Assembly: GCA_016176525.1 (NCBI GenBank)
Contig: JACOWZ010000003.1
Span: 537,925 to 601,924 of the forward strand
Source of the DNA: Candidatus Colwellbacteria bacterium
GTDB lineage: Bacteria; Patescibacteriota; Minisyncoccia; UBA6257; Colwellbacteraceae
DNA: 64,000 nucleotides
Reading direction: 5' to 3'
Shown: positions 34,085 to 44,829 of the stretch, piece by piece
Layout of the letters: every line of letters begins with the position of its first letter
Position numbering within the stretch: the first letter of the stretch is position 1
The notes under the pieces: generated by a model
Databases searched by the model: none
What the model saw: the letters and a program-made list of their open reading frames with translations, nothing else
Told to the model about the DNA's origin: nothing
Made by a program: the position numbers and the translations under genes

Positions 34085-35906
34085 CTATCTTCTGCACGGT
34101 TTTAGTAAGGTCTTCTGCAGCAGATTCTATCGCCCCTGCGTTATTATGAGACAAAGCATCCCTTAAAGCTTTGATTTTGCCGCTTATTTCTTCTCTAATA
34201 TTTGCCGGCGCTTTGTCCCCAGCATCTTTTAGCGCCTTCTCTGAAGAGTATATAAGGTTTTCCGCTTTATTCCTAACTTCAATAAGTTCTCTTTTCTTTT
34301 TGTCCTCTGCTGCGTGCTCTGCAGCCTCGCGCTTAAGTTTCTCCACTTCTTCTTTGCTTATTGAAGTAGATGCCTCTATGCGCACAGATTGCTCTTTATT
34401 TGTAGCCTTATCAATAGCTTTTACGTTTAATATGCCGTTTGCGTCTATATCAAACTCTACCTCTACTTGCGGCAGGCCGCGCGGAGCAGGCGGAATTCCG
34501 TCTAATATAAACTTTGCAAGAGTTTTATTGTCTACCGCCATTTCGCGCTCGCCCTGCAAAACATGAATTTCTACAGAGGTCTGGCTGTCCGCCGCAGTTG
34601 AAAACACTTGTTTCTTGGAGGTTGGGATTGTCGTATTTTTGTCTATCAGCCGTGTAAACACTCCACCTAAGGTTTCTATGCCAAACGAGAGCGGTGTGAC
34701 GTCCAGCAACAGCATATCTTTAACCTCACCCTCCGGACGCCTACCTTCCTCTTTTGCAGCTAGTATTTCTGCTTGTATTGCCGCCCCAACTGCCACAACC
34801 TCGTCCGGGTTTATGCCTTTGTGCGGCTCTTTGCCAAAAAGCTTTTTAACGGCTTCTTGAATAGCAGGCATCCTTGTTTGACCTCCAACAAGCACTATTT
34901 CATCAATATCCGATAATTTTAGGCCTGCGCCTTTTGGCTGTTTGGCCGTAACAGTCTCCAGCACAAGTTCAATAGATTTTTGTATGTAATCTTCAACTAA
35001 ACTTTCCAGCTTTGCGCGGGTGAGCTTTATAAGCAAGTGTTTGGGACCTTCTGCTGTTGAAGTTATGTAGGGCAAATTAACCTCTGCTTCAACGGAAGCC
35101 GAAAGTTCATGCTTTACTCTTTCTGCAGCTTCTTTTAAGCGCTGTACGGCAAGCGGGTCTTTAGATATATCTATTCCTTCGCTCTTTTTATACTCTTGAA
35201 TTAAGTATTCAATAATTCTTTTATCAAAATCGTCTCCGCCCAAGTGCGTGTCCCCTCCTGTGGCTTTCACTTCTATTGTATCCCCGCTCTTTTCTAAAAC
35301 CGAAATATCAAAAGTGCCCCCGCCGAAGTCGTAAACAACTATTTGTTCGTCTTTTTGTTTCTCCAAACCATAGGCCAACGCCGCAGCAGTAGGCTCGTTA
35401 ATAATTCTGCGTACATTAAAGCCGGCAATTTCGCCAGCGTTTTTTGTTGCCTGCCTTTGCGAGTCGTCAAAATATGCCGGCACTGTTATAACCGCATCCT
35501 GAATTTTCTCTCCGAGCCTGGACTCTGTATCGCTCTTTAGTTTTGCAAGTACCATCGCGGATATTTGCTCCGGCTTATAAGATTTGTCACCCATTTTAAT
35601 CTCCACGCCGCCGTCTTTAGACTCTAATATTTCGTAAGATAGAAGAGATTTATCTTTTTGAGTTGCTGGGTCGGAAAACTTGCGGCCTATAAGGCGCTTA
35701 ACAGAGAAAATAGTGTTTTTAGGGTTTGTAACGGCTTGCCGCTTTGCAAGCACGCCAACGAGGCGTTCGCCGCCTTTAGATAAAGAAACTACAGAAGGCG
35801 TTGTTCTTTGCCCCTCCGAATTTTCTAATATTTTGGGCGTGCCTTTGTCTACCACGGCAACGGCAGAATAAGTTGTACCCAAATCTATTCCTATAATTTT
35901 TGGCAT
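34047..35906 (-). CDS. dnaK: Chaperone DnaK (Hsp70)
   Basis: [40 protein letters not shown]. 619 aa. Confidence 0.95.
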   Translation of the reverse strand: MPKIIGIDLGTTYSAVAVVDKGTPKILENSEGQRTTPSVVSLSKGGERLVGVLAKRQAVTNPKNTIFSVKRLIGRKFSDPATQKDKSLLSYEILESKDGGVEIKMGDKSYKPEQISAMVLAKLKSDTESRLGEKIQDAVITVPAYFDDSQRQATKNAGEIAGFNVRRIINEPTAAALAYGLEKQKDEQIVVYDFGGGTFDISVLEKSGDTIEVKATGGDTHLGGDDFDKRIIEYLIQEYKKSEGIDISKDPLAVQRLKEAAERVKHELSASVEAEVNLPYITSTAEGPKHLLIKLTRAKLESLVEDYIQKSIELVLETVTAKQPKGAGLKLSDIDEIVLVGGQTRMPAIQEAVKKLFGKEPHKGINPDEVVAVGAAIQAEILAAKEEGRRPEGEVKDMLLLDVTPLSFGIETLGGVFTRLIDKNTTIPTSKKQVFSTAADSQTSVEIHVLQGEREMAVDNKTLAKFILDGIPPAPRGLPQVEVEFDIDANGILNVKAIDKATNKEQSVRIEASTSISKEEVEKLKREAAEHAAEDKKKRELIEVRNKAENLIYSSEKALKDAGDKAPANIREEISGKIKALRDALSHNNAGAIESAAEDLTKTVQKIGEAMYKNGKPNV

Positions 35907-35907
35907 A

Positions 35908-36384
35908 TTATTTAACTACTTTTACTTTAGACGCTTTAACTACCCTGCTGTGCATGGTATACCCCGGTTCAAGCACTTCTGCTATTGTGCCTGATTTTAA
36001 TTTTTCTGTGGCCTCTACTACTGCAACAGCTTCATGTATTTCCGGGTTAAACTCTTCTCCCAATACAACGCTTATTTTAGCAATTCCACGTTTGGCGATC
36101 AAGTCTTCCATGCGCTTTTTAAGCATTAAAAGCCCTTCGCTCGGTTCCTTGCCGGCTTCTTTCGCAGTTTTAATACCGAGCTCAATGCCATGCAAGATTC
36201 CTAGCACTTCCAACACAATATCAAGTGCGCCAAACTTAGCCACTTGCTCAAGCCGCGCGGCTTCTTCTTTTTGGTAATTTATAAGGTCGGCTTTTGCGCG
36301 TTTCCAGCCGTTTAAATACTCGTCACGCTCGGCCTTAATTTTTTCTAAAGTGTCGTCTTTCTTATTTTCAACGTTTTCTGACAT
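35908..36384 (-). CDS. grpE: Nucleotide exchange factor GrpE
   Basis: It sits immediately upstream of dnaK. It has a coiled-coil N-terminus and GrpE-like C-terminal beta domain motifs ([18 protein letters not shown]). The start was moved to [11 protein letters not shown]. Confidence 0.8.
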   Translation of the reverse strand: MSENVENKKDDTLEKIKAERDEYLNGWKRAKADLINYQKEEAARLEQVAKFGALDIVLEVLGILHGIELGIKTAKEAGKEPSEGLLMLKKRMEDLIAKRGIAKISVVLGEEFNPEIHEAVAVVEATEKLKSGTIAEVLEPGYTMHSRVVKASKVKVVK

Positions 36385-36585
36385 CAATACGAATAGAATA
36401 ATGAAGCAGCTCCAGCATGTCAAATTATGTAACTTCACAATGGGTTTGGTTAGTGAAAAGTTAATGAGCCACCCAGCCATGCTCGTAAAGTCATCTTCGG
36501 AGCGCGACGGCGCGAGAAAAAGGCGAATCCGCCAGCCGGCGGATTACGCCGGTGACTTGTAGAGTATGGGTGGGTGGCGAAGTAA

Positions 36586-37191
36586 CTATGTTCTTCGCTC
36601 TAGTGCTTGGCCGAGAGTTTCTTGGTCTGCAAATTCTATCTCGCCGCCGGATGGTATGCCAATGCCAATGCGCGAGATTTTCTCTGTATAGGGCTTTAAC
36701 ATATCGGCCGCTTGGGCGGCGTTTAAGCTAGCAACCGAGTTTGGGTTAACTGCTATTATTATTTCGCTCAATTTGCCACCCTCCTTTTTTATCCGGCTTA
36801 TAAAATTCTCTAATCTTGCTTTTTGGAATGCTTCTAGCCCAGATTTCTTGCGCAAATCCCCTAATATAAAATATTTGCCTTTAAATTTTTGGGATTCCTC
36901 CAATGTTATAAGGTCTGTTTCTTTTTCTATTAAGGCCACGGTTTTGGCATCTCTTTTTTTGTCGGAGCATATTTCGCAAATGCCGGAATCGCTCTCCGTT
37001 ACAAAAAAACAATTTTTGCAGGTTTTCGCACGCGAGAGCCCCTCAACCGCAGTTGCAGCTTCTTTGATAACTCCTTCTCCACGCGAGGCAAGGTAAAATG
37101 CAAGCCTTATCGCTTGGCGCGGGCCTATGCCGGGCAGAGTTGCAAAAACTTCTGCAAATTTTTTAAGAGACTCCGGCGTATTGTTCTTCAT
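36586..37191 (-). CDS. recR: Recombination protein RecR
   Basis: HhH motif LPGIGPRQAIRLAFYL. C4 zinc finger CKNCFFVTESDSGICEIC. Toprim domain. 201 aa. Confidence 0.9.
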   Translation of the reverse strand: MKNNTPESLKKFAEVFATLPGIGPRQAIRLAFYLASRGEGVIKEAATAVEGLSRAKTCKNCFFVTESDSGICEICSDKKRDAKTVALIEKETDLITLEESQKFKGKYFILGDLRKKSGLEAFQKARLENFISRIKKEGGKLSEIIIAVNPNSVASLNAAQAADMLKPYTEKISRIGIGIPSGGEIEFADQETLGQALERRT

Positions 37192-38533
37192 GGACTGTAT
37201 CTACTTCTTGGAAACTTACTTTCTCTTTGTTGAAACGCAGTTTTACAACCCCGAGCGGGCCGTTTCTGTGCTTTGCAACTATAATATCGACAATATCCTG
37301 CTCTTCGGCCGATACATCAGATCTGTCGCGATTCTTAGGGTGAATAAATATAACAACATCTGCATCCTGCTCTATAGAGCCAGACTCGCGAAGGTCGGAG
37401 AGCCGAGGCAGTTTATTGTCTCTTTGCTCAACACCACGCGATAACTGCGAAATTGCAATAAGTGGCACATCTAGTTCGCGTGCCAAACCCTTTAACCCGC
37501 GCGAAATTTCTGTAATCTGCTGAACCGTGCTGTCAAAATTGCCGCGTGGCTGGATAAGCTGCAAGTAATCCACTACAAGCAAGTCCAACCTACCTTGCTC
37601 TGCCTGCAGGCGCCTTGCCATAGAGCGCATTTGCACAATATTTGGAGACGGCGTGTCGTCTATAAAAATCTTAGCCTCGCTTAGCTTGTTTAAGGCCTCT
37701 TGTATCATGCCAAACTCATTTTCGTTTCTTAACCTGCCTGTGCGGAGTTTCCAAAGGTCAACTTTCGCCTCGGCGGCAATAAACCTGTCTATAACCTGTT
37801 CGCCAGACATCTCCAAAGAAAAAATTCCAACAACAGCCCCATTTTTTATTGCAACATTGCGCGCAATGTCGAGCGCAAAAGTTGTTTTGCCGTAAGATGG
37901 CCGAGCGCCAATAATTATAAGATCTGACCTTTGGAAACCGGACAAGATATTGTCTAACTGCGTAAAATTGGTTGAAAGGCCGCGCAACCTTTCGCCCTCG
38001 CCTTGATGCAGTTTTTCTATGCGAGCGTAGGCATCTTTTAACTCTTCGCGAAGTGGAATAAAATTTTTGGCTATTGACCTTTGCGAAATTGCAAAAATTC
38101 TTTTTTCAACAGAGTCCAATATGTTTTCTAAGTCTTCTTCGGAAAAAGCGTGGTCTGTAACTTCCGCTGAGGCTCTAATAAGCTCGCGCAAAATTCTTTT
38201 TTCTTTTACAACTTTTGCATAGTGCGAAACATGGGATGCGGTTGGCACAGAGTTAATAGTTTCTGTTAGATAACTAGAACCGCCTGCTTCGGTTAGTTTG
38301 TTCATCTTCTTTAGCTCCGATGTAACGCTTAAAACATCAATCGGCTCGTGCCTATTCCAAAGGCGCTGAATGCTTTCGTATATTATTTCGTTTGATCTTT
38401 TATAAAAGTCATCCGACTGCAACAGGTCGCCCACCGCGTAGATAGCGTCTTTATCTATCATCAATGCACCAAGCACCGACTGCTCGGCTTCTAGATCGTG
38501 CGGGGGTGTTTTTACGTCTTTTTGTTTAGCCAT
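37163..38533 (-). CDS. dnaB: Replicative DNA helicase DnaB
   Basis: N-terminal DnaB domain (PPHDLEAEQSVLGALM). Walker A GARPSYGKTTFAL. RecA-like C-terminal domain. 456 aa. Confidence 0.9.
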   Translation of the reverse strand: MAKQKDVKTPPHDLEAEQSVLGALMIDKDAIYAVGDLLQSDDFYKRSNEIIYESIQRLWNRHEPIDVLSVTSELKKMNKLTEAGGSSYLTETINSVPTASHVSHYAKVVKEKRILRELIRASAEVTDHAFSEEDLENILDSVEKRIFAISQRSIAKNFIPLREELKDAYARIEKLHQGEGERLRGLSTNFTQLDNILSGFQRSDLIIIGARPSYGKTTFALDIARNVAIKNGAVVGIFSLEMSGEQVIDRFIAAEAKVDLWKLRTGRLRNENEFGMIQEALNKLSEAKIFIDDTPSPNIVQMRSMARRLQAEQGRLDLLVVDYLQLIQPRGNFDSTVQQITEISRGLKGLARELDVPLIAISQLSRGVEQRDNKLPRLSDLRESGSIEQDADVVIFIHPKNRDRSDVSAEEQDIVDIIVAKHRNGPLGVVKLRFNKEKVSFQEVDTVHEEQYAGVS

Positions 38534-39900
38534 GTGCCTAGTGGAGTATCTTCTACCATATATCCTAACCCTTCTATTTGCTTCCGCAAAGCGTCGGCCT
38601 GAATAAACTGTTTATTATCCCTTAGCTTATCTCTCTGCAGTGCCATTTTTGCAGCTTTTGAACTAATTTTTCTAAATCCCAGACCCTCTATGCCATAGAG
38701 TTCTAGCTTGTTTTCTATAAATTTAGCCGCGCGTTTTGCATCTTTTTTGGAAATCTGCCAAATTACGTTTTGTAAGCCGGCTACAAATGAGAAAAGCGCA
38801 CTAACAGCGCCAGGAGTGTTAAAATCATCTTCCATTGCGCTTATAAAATCGCTTTCTGCTTTCTCCAATAACACCCTAAACTCGGCGCTAGAAGCACTCG
38901 CCTTGTTTTTTTCTGCCACAAACCGCGCCTTGCGTACAAACTCGCGGAGAGTTTCTAGGCCCGCACTAGATTGGGCAATAAGCGCATCCGTAAAATCAAT
39001 CGGTTGGCGATAGTGCGCGCCCAAAAAGAGCCACCTCAAAACTTCTGGCGGATATTTAGATAAAAACTCTGTAATAGAAATAAAATTACCCAAACTTTTA
39101 GACATCTTCTTGCTATTGATATTTAGCAGGCCAGAATGCATCCAAACTTTTACAAATGGCTTTTTGTCGCTTGCGGCTTCCGCTTGGGCGATTTCTGCCT
39201 CGTGGTGCGGGAATTTTAAGTCTAGTCCCCCGCCGTGCAAATCGTATTGAGGGCCAAAAACCTTATTTGTTATCGCAGTGTCTTCTATGTGCCACCCGGG
39301 GCGGCCTTCGCCTAGCTCTGTTTTCCAAGACGGTTCGCCTTCTTTAGAAAATTTCCATAATGCGAAGTCGCCCTTGTTGTGTTTGTTTACACTCTCATCA
39401 ATGCGCGAAACAGAATCTTCTGCCTGTTCCGCGGTTCTACCAGAAAGCTTGCCGTAGTCTTTAAACTTGGCGATATCAAAATAATAGCCATCTTTAGCTT
39501 TGTACGCATAGCCTTTTTTAATAAGGGTTTTAACTTGTTTTACAATAGCCGAAATATATTTTGTAGCCGGAGCGTATTTATCAACCTCTATTACACCTAG
39601 TTTTTGCATAGCAGACAAATACTCTCTGGTATATTTTTGCGCTAACTTTTGCGGCTGCACACCAAGCTCCGAGGCACGCTTTATTATTTTGTCGTCAATG
39701 TCTGTTATGTTCTGTAAATAATAAAGCTTGTACCCCTTAGAGCGAAGATATCGGGCTATAACATCAAACGTAATATACACACGCGCATGGCCTATGTGCG
39801 GGCTGTCGTAGACCGTGGGTCCGCAAACAAATAGCTTTAAGGTTTTTCTAGTCTTTTTTAGCTCTTCTTTTTTCCGAGAGAGAGTGTTGTAGATATACAT
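38512..39900 (-). CDS. cysS: Cysteine--tRNA ligase
   Basis: HIGH motif (CGPTVYDSPHIGHAR) and KMSKS motif (KMSKSLGN). 462 aa. Confidence 0.9.
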   Translation of the reverse strand: MYIYNTLSRKKEELKKTRKTLKLFVCGPTVYDSPHIGHARVYITFDVIARYLRSKGYKLYYLQNITDIDDKIIKRASELGVQPQKLAQKYTREYLSAMQKLGVIEVDKYAPATKYISAIVKQVKTLIKKGYAYKAKDGYYFDIAKFKDYGKLSGRTAEQAEDSVSRIDESVNKHNKGDFALWKFSKEGEPSWKTELGEGRPGWHIEDTAITNKVFGPQYDLHGGGLDLKFPHHEAEIAQAEAASDKKPFVKVWMHSGLLNINSKKMSKSLGNFISITEFLSKYPPEVLRWLFLGAHYRQPIDFTDALIAQSSAGLETLREFVRKARFVAEKNKASASSAEFRVLLEKAESDFISAMEDDFNTPGAVSALFSFVAGLQNVIWQISKKDAKRAAKFIENKLELYGIEGLGFRKISSKAAKMALQRDKLRDNKQFIQADALRKQIEGLGYMVEDTPLGTWLNKKT

Positions 39901-39983
39901 GGTAATTGTAAGTATACCCTAGCACTAAATTCTACTCCAAATTCTACCCCACTAATTTCCTTGCTATAGAATTAAGAATTAGT

Positions 39984-40011
39984 CAGGTGTTATGATCAAT
40001 CATAACACCTG
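39984..40011. repeat. Palindromic repeat family P24, copy 1 (CAGGTGTTATGATCAATCATAACACCTG). Intergenic between cysS and rplU.
   Basis: Seen directly in the sequence. One central mismatch relative to the other three copies. Confidence 0.75.
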
Positions 40012-40080
40012 TGGTTAATAATAACTTGTAGAAAATAAAAAGCCTCGCGCCGATTCTGGTCGGAGGGCAAAATCTCCGCG

Positions 40081-40389
40081 TTAGGCGGAGATTTTTGTGA
40101 TTTCTACTTCTGTAAATGCTTGGCGGTGGCCTTTCTTTTTGCGATAGCGGGTTTTGGAGTGGTATTTAAAAACTATAACCTTTCTGGATCTCCCCTGCCG
40201 CAAAATTTTACCCTCCACTTTAACGCCATCCAAATACGGCATACCTAATTTAGGTTTGCCTTCGTCTGGCGCAACAAGTAAAACTTTATCAAACTTAATA
40301 GCGCCCTCACCGGCTAGTTTTTCAACTTTTATTTTATCCCCGGGAGAAACCAAATATTGCTTGCTCCCAGATTCAATTACTGCAAACAT
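40081..40389 (-). CDS. rplU: 50S ribosomal protein L21
   Basis: MFAVIESGSKQYLVSPGDKIKVEKL is the canonical bL21 N-terminus. 102 aa. Confidence 0.9.
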   Translation of the reverse strand: MFAVIESGSKQYLVSPGDKIKVEKLAGEGAIKFDKVLLVAPDEGKPKLGMPYLDGVKVEGKILRQGRSRKVIVFKYHSKTRYRKKKGHRQAFTEVEITKISA

Positions 40390-40399
40390 GGGCTAAATA

Positions 40400-41821
40400 C
40401 TACTCTATCACCTTTGCCTCGTCAAGAATGTCGGCCGAATCTGGCTTGTAAAACTTAAGTGGCACCGCGTTTGCCTCCCAAGCGGCTATTATTGGGTCAA
40501 TAAACCTCCACATAGCCCGCACTTCTTCTGTTGAAGTAAAAAGAGTTTGGTCTCCATAAATGCAATCTAAAAGCAGTTTTTCGTATTCACTGACGGTGCC
40601 GTTGCCGTTTTCGCGCAAAGCAAGCTTAATACTCTTATCTTCTAGCTCAAATTTATAGCCAATTTTCTTTATACCCATATGTATATTTATTTCTTCTTTG
40701 GGGGCAAGAGAAAATACAATGCTATTTCTATGCGGGGCTCTGCCTGCACACAAACATTCGCTAGGATGCTTAAAATTAACCGTTATGTCTTTAGTGTCTT
40801 TGCCGAGCCGCTTGCCCGACTCTAAATAAAACGGCACACCTTTAAACTTAGGAGATTTAATATAGGTTTTTATCTTAAAATATGTTTCTCTTGTAGAGTC
40901 CGGCCGCACGCCGAGGATTTGCTTATACCCTTCGTACTGCGCCCTAAAAGTATTTTTGCGAATATATTCGGCATCCGGCGCTACTATAGAGCTTAATATC
41001 TTGCGTCTATTGTTGCGTATTGCGCGCGCATCCATTTTTTGCGGATGTTCCATAGCAACAAGAGCAAGCATTTGCAGCAAATGATTTTGGCCAAAATCTC
41101 TTAAGGCGCCTGTGTCGTCATAAAACCCGCCTCGCTTTTCTACACCAACATCCTCCAATGCCCTTATGTAGACAGACTCGATATGGTTTCTGTTCCAATT
41201 TGACTCAAATATGCTGTTTGAGAACCTAAAGCTCAACACACTTTGAACCATTTCTTTCGCCAGATAGTGGTCTATTCTGTATATTTGCTCATCTGAAAAA
41301 AGCCGCGCAAGAAGCCGGTCTAATTTCCTGGATGTTTTAAGGTTTCTGCCAAATGGCTTTTCTACCAATATCTTTGTCTTTGCCGAGCCTTTGTGTGTTC
41401 TTAAATGCGTGTAAGAAGACGACAAATTTAAAAGAATATCTTCGTAGTGCAATGGGGGCACAGCCAAATAAAAAAGCTTGTTTGAATCTTCCTGAAATCC
41501 TTTATCTATTTCTTTGAGTACAGAAATTAAGGCTTTATAATCTTTTTTATTTTCAAAATTGCCTTTTTGGTAAGAAAAAAGCCTTATAAACGAAGGCCAT
41601 TTATCGCTTATCATAAGCGAGGAGCTGTGCTCTTCGTGCATCTTAGCTACGTGGTTTCTAAACTGTTCCAAATCCATATCGGTTCTTGAAAAACCGACTA
41701 CCCTAAACTTATCTGGCAAAAGCTCCCTGTCGTAAAGCTCAAAAAGGGCCGGGAGTATTTTTCTCGCTACCAAATTGCCGGTTGCGCCGAAAAGCACTAA
41801 AGTTGTTGGGATGTTTTTCAT
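40400..41821 (-). CDS. zwf: Glucose-6-phosphate 1-dehydrogenase
   Basis: LVLFGATGNLVARKILPAL (NADP-binding). RIDHYLAKE (G6PD signature RIDHYLGKE). 473 aa. Confidence 0.85.
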   Translation of the reverse strand: MKNIPTTLVLFGATGNLVARKILPALFELYDRELLPDKFRVVGFSRTDMDLEQFRNHVAKMHEEHSSSLMISDKWPSFIRLFSYQKGNFENKKDYKALISVLKEIDKGFQEDSNKLFYLAVPPLHYEDILLNLSSSYTHLRTHKGSAKTKILVEKPFGRNLKTSRKLDRLLARLFSDEQIYRIDHYLAKEMVQSVLSFRFSNSIFESNWNRNHIESVYIRALEDVGVEKRGGFYDDTGALRDFGQNHLLQMLALVAMEHPQKMDARAIRNNRRKILSSIVAPDAEYIRKNTFRAQYEGYKQILGVRPDSTRETYFKIKTYIKSPKFKGVPFYLESGKRLGKDTKDITVNFKHPSECLCAGRAPHRNSIVFSLAPKEEINIHMGIKKIGYKFELEDKSIKLALRENGNGTVSEYEKLLLDCIYGDQTLFTSTEEVRAMWRFIDPIIAAWEANAVPLKFYKPDSADILDEAKVIE

Positions 41822-41825
41822 CGCT

Positions 41826-42530
41826 TCATTGCGGAATATCAGTAAACACCTTTACATTTTTCATCTCGCGCATAATCCTAGCGGGCGCTTCGTTTAAGGA
41901 ACCTTCTGAAATTAGTTTATTAAGCGCATCTTTCTTGGTGGCCCCGCGCACATAGACTACCCCTCCATCTATTTTATCGCGCATAAAAGTAGCACTAACC
42001 GTCGCCCTTTGTGGATAAACATTTTTTTCGCCCGCATCGTAACCAACCACCCAACTTTTGGAGAGAAGGGCCTCCGAGTACGGCATTATACCCGCCGTAT
42101 GAGCATCTGGGCCAACACCTATAACTGCAATAATTTTGCCAGCCGGATGCAGTTTTACCCAAGACTTAAGCTCGGAATCAAGGCGCGTAGAAAAACCCTG
42201 CAGGGTTTCGCTCTCTTTCGGCACTGTACTTATAAACTTTGTGCCGCGCGCAATAGCTACCTTGCAAAACATAGTTTCTGAAAATTGTGCGAAGTTGTTG
42301 ACGTCCAGTTCCCTAGAAAATCTGTCGTCAAGCATTGTTATTGTAGTATTTTTACCAATATACTCTAGGCTAATGTCGTCTAAGAGTTCCATAGCTGAGC
42401 CGCCGGAAAGCATAAGCAAAACCGGGATATCTTTACTTTCTTTTAAAAATTGAGAAAGAGCGGCAGTCGCTCTTTCCCGTAATTTTTCTAGGTTATCAAT
42501 TCTTACAATCTCCGGTACGTGGCCAGGCAT
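41826..42530 (-). CDS. pgl: 6-phosphogluconolactonase / glucosamine-6-phosphate isomerase family protein
   Basis: NagB/DevB-fold signatures (LMLSGGSAMELL, IAVIGVGPDAHTAGI). It sits immediately downstream of zwf. Confidence 0.6.
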   Translation of the reverse strand: MPGHVPEIVRIDNLEKLRERATAALSQFLKESKDIPVLLMLSGGSAMELLDDISLEYIGKNTTITMLDDRFSRELDVNNFAQFSETMFCKVAIARGTKFISTVPKESETLQGFSTRLDSELKSWVKLHPAGKIIAVIGVGPDAHTAGIMPYSEALLSKSWVVGYDAGEKNVYPQRATVSATFMRDKIDGGVVYVRGATKKDALNKLISEGSLNEAPARIMREMKNVKVFTDIPQ

Positions 42531-42865
42531 TAGTTTAAATATAAAACCATAGACATTGAAATTGCAACAATTAATGCTAATAGAACCGTAAAGAATGCAA
42601 TTGCATAAGACAAAAATTTCTTCCTATAAAAAAACTCGTAAGTTAAAACAAGATTAATAAAAATAATCGCCGATGTTATCCACAGAACAGACTTTATTGC
42701 ATAGATGCTATGAGTTACAGGCAAGCCCTCGGAAGTGTAATTTATTATAAAGTCTCCGCCACGAGCTGTTAGGCCTCCAAGGCCTATAAAAAGAGCTATA
42801 AGCCAAAAGGCAATGCTTACAAGCGCCGCAGAAACAATAACCGGATCCTTTATGATAGGCATCAC
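42530..42865 (-). CDS. Small polytopic membrane protein (about 3 TM helices), hypothetical
   Basis: 111 aa and hydrophobic throughout. It overlaps the pgl start by 1 bp. Confidence 0.3.
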   Translation of the reverse strand: MMPIIKDPVIVSAALVSIAFWLIALFIGLGGLTARGGDFIINYTSEGLPVTHSIYAIKSVLWITSAIIFINLVLTYEFFYRKKFLSYAIAFFTVLLALIVAISMSMVLYLN

Positions 42866-42906
42866 AACTTGAATAATATCAAAGCTGGCAATAAAATAAA
42901 ACTTCT

Positions 42907-42979
42907 AGCTCCTATCGTCTAGAGGCCTAGGACGCTGCCCTCTCACGGCAGAAACTCGGGTTCAAATCCCGATGGGAGC
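42907..42979 (+). tRNA. tRNA-Glu (anticodon CUC)
   Basis: Folded by hand. Acceptor GCTCCTA/TGGGAGC with one G-U pair. D-arm TCGTCTAGAGGCCTAGGAC is typical of tRNA-Glu. Anticodon stem CTGCC/GGCAG with loop CTCTCAC. T-arm TCGGG-TTCAAAT-CCCGA. Confidence 0.8.
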
Positions 42980-42980
42980 G

Positions 42981-44549
42981 CTAATTATCTATTCTATCTG
43001 GCGGCACGTTGTAGTAGTTTAGTATAAATTGCGCGAGGTCGCGGAATGCGGGCACAACGCTTAATCCTGCAAGCGGCGCTCCAGCTGGCTTATCTAGTTT
43101 TATAAGGATAGTAAAACGCGGGTCGTAAGCCGGCGCAAAACCAACAAAGCTGTTTATAACATCATCTGAATATCCGCCTTTGCCTGGAATTTGCGCGGTG
43201 CCAGTTTTGCCTGCAACAGTGTAGCCAGAAATTTTGGCAACCTGCGCGCCGTCAACGGCTTTAACCATCATATCTGCGACTTTAAGGCTTGTTTGTAAAG
43301 ATATGACTCTCTCCACGCGCTCTGGTTTTAAGTCTGTATTAACATATGGCTTCATCATTACTCCTTTATTTGCTATTGCAGATACGGCAGTGATTAAAGA
43401 TATGGGCGTAACCGATATGCCCTGCCCGAAAGATGCGGTTGCAAAGTTTATGTCTCTAGTATTTGATTCTAAATTTCTTATACTGCCTGCAACCTCGCCC
43501 GGCAAGTCTATACCAGTTTCTTTGTTAAAACGGAATTTAGTGAGATATTCATAAAAAATTTCATGCCCCATAGTGCGCTCCGCAAACGCGGTGCCTGTGT
43601 TTAGAGATTTGCCTAGAACTTCTATCATAGTAACCCTGTCGTGGGCTTTATTGTCCCAGTTTTTTATCGTCCGTCCGTTTAATGTTAATTCACCCGTATC
43701 AACAAAGGCAGTCTCTGGTGTAATTTTTCCGGAATCAATGCCAGCAGCCATAGTTATAACCTTAAAAGCGGAGCCTGGCTCGTAAACCGACTGAACGGCA
43801 GGGTTTAAAAAGTTTTTTAATGGATACTCGCCATATTTGTTCGGGTTAAAGCCGGGTGCGCTTGCAAGCGCAAGAATCGCACCGGTCTTAGGGTCTTGCA
43901 CTATTACCGTGCCTCCCTCTGCGCTAAATTTTTGAATTAAACCGCCCAAAACAGCTTCTGCTTGGGCTTGTATGTCTTTATCTACAGTAAGCCTAATATT
44001 ATCGCCCGTTAGCGTTTCGTTATAGCGCGCTTCTACTCCATACGCTCCGCCGGGGTTCTCATTATCAATAGAAACAAAGCCAAGCAGGTGCGAAGCAGAG
44101 GTTCCAAATGGATAAAATCTATATGTTTCGTAAGCTACGCTTATTCCTTTTAATTCTTGTAAAGAAAGAGCTGATAATTGGTCCTCATTAACTCTTTTTA
44201 ATATAGGTTCAAATGGGTCGCTTGAATCCTTAAGTTTTTCTCCTAAGTCTTCTGCAGAAATCCCGGTAATTAAAGACAAAGCTGTAGCGGTTTCTTTTAC
44301 ATCATCAATTTTTCGATTATCAGAATAAATAAGCGGATAATCTCTGTTCATTGCCGCTGGCAGGTAATTGCCGTTTTTATCCGCAAGGTAAATTATGCCA
44401 CGGGGCGGCAAAATATTTTCAGGCGAGAGAGATGCGGCGCGCGCGCCGTAATAGTCCCCCTCTTTAATTTGAAGTTTATAAACATTAATACCCAAAGCCG
44501 CGAAGGCAACGCTAAAAACAGCAATCAGCGCTCCGATGCGAAAACCCAT
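42981..44549 (-). CDS. Penicillin-binding protein 2 / FtsI-type transpeptidase
   Basis: N-terminal TM helix and PBP dimerisation domain. Transpeptidase SxxK (SAFK), SxN (SLN) and KTG (KTGTA) motifs. 522 aa. Confidence 0.8.
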   Translation of the reverse strand: MGFRIGALIAVFSVAFAALGINVYKLQIKEGDYYGARAASLSPENILPPRGIIYLADKNGNYLPAAMNRDYPLIYSDNRKIDDVKETATALSLITGISAEDLGEKLKDSSDPFEPILKRVNEDQLSALSLQELKGISVAYETYRFYPFGTSASHLLGFVSIDNENPGGAYGVEARYNETLTGDNIRLTVDKDIQAQAEAVLGGLIQKFSAEGGTVIVQDPKTGAILALASAPGFNPNKYGEYPLKNFLNPAVQSVYEPGSAFKVITMAAGIDSGKITPETAFVDTGELTLNGRTIKNWDNKAHDRVTMIEVLGKSLNTGTAFAERTMGHEIFYEYLTKFRFNKETGIDLPGEVAGSIRNLESNTRDINFATASFGQGISVTPISLITAVSAIANKGVMMKPYVNTDLKPERVERVISLQTSLKVADMMVKAVDGAQVAKISGYTVAGKTGTAQIPGKGGYSDDVINSFVGFAPAYDPRFTILIKLDKPAGAPLAGLSVVPAFRDLAQFILNYYNVPPDRIDN

Positions 44550-44821
44550 GTTGGATTCTTATCTTTTATAAAACCGTTATCTATTGCAAGGCGTTCCATA
44601 TTTTCTTGGCTTAATATATATGATAGCGCATTTTGCGCTTCGGCAATATCTAATTTCGCTTCTTCTATCTCTTCGCCTTGCATAGCTATCTCATGCGCCA
44701 AACTTGTGGTTTCTGAATAAACCCAAATTTCGGCGACTAAAAATCCTACAAATATCAAAGCAAACAGGTATAGTATCCCTTTTAGGCTATTTTTATTTTT
44801 ATTTGGTTGTATAACTGTCAT
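44525..44821 (-). CDS. FtsL/DivIC-like small bitopic cell-division protein
   Basis: 98 aa, with one TM helix and a short coiled coil. Its position between rsmH and the PBP gene matches the mraZ-rsmH-ftsL-ftsI order. Confidence 0.45.
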   Translation of the reverse strand: MTVIQPNKNKNSLKGILYLFALIFVGFLVAEIWVYSETTSLAHEIAMQGEEIEEAKLDIAEAQNALSYILSQENMERLAIDNGFIKDKNPTWVFASER

Positions 44822-44829
44822 GTTTTAGT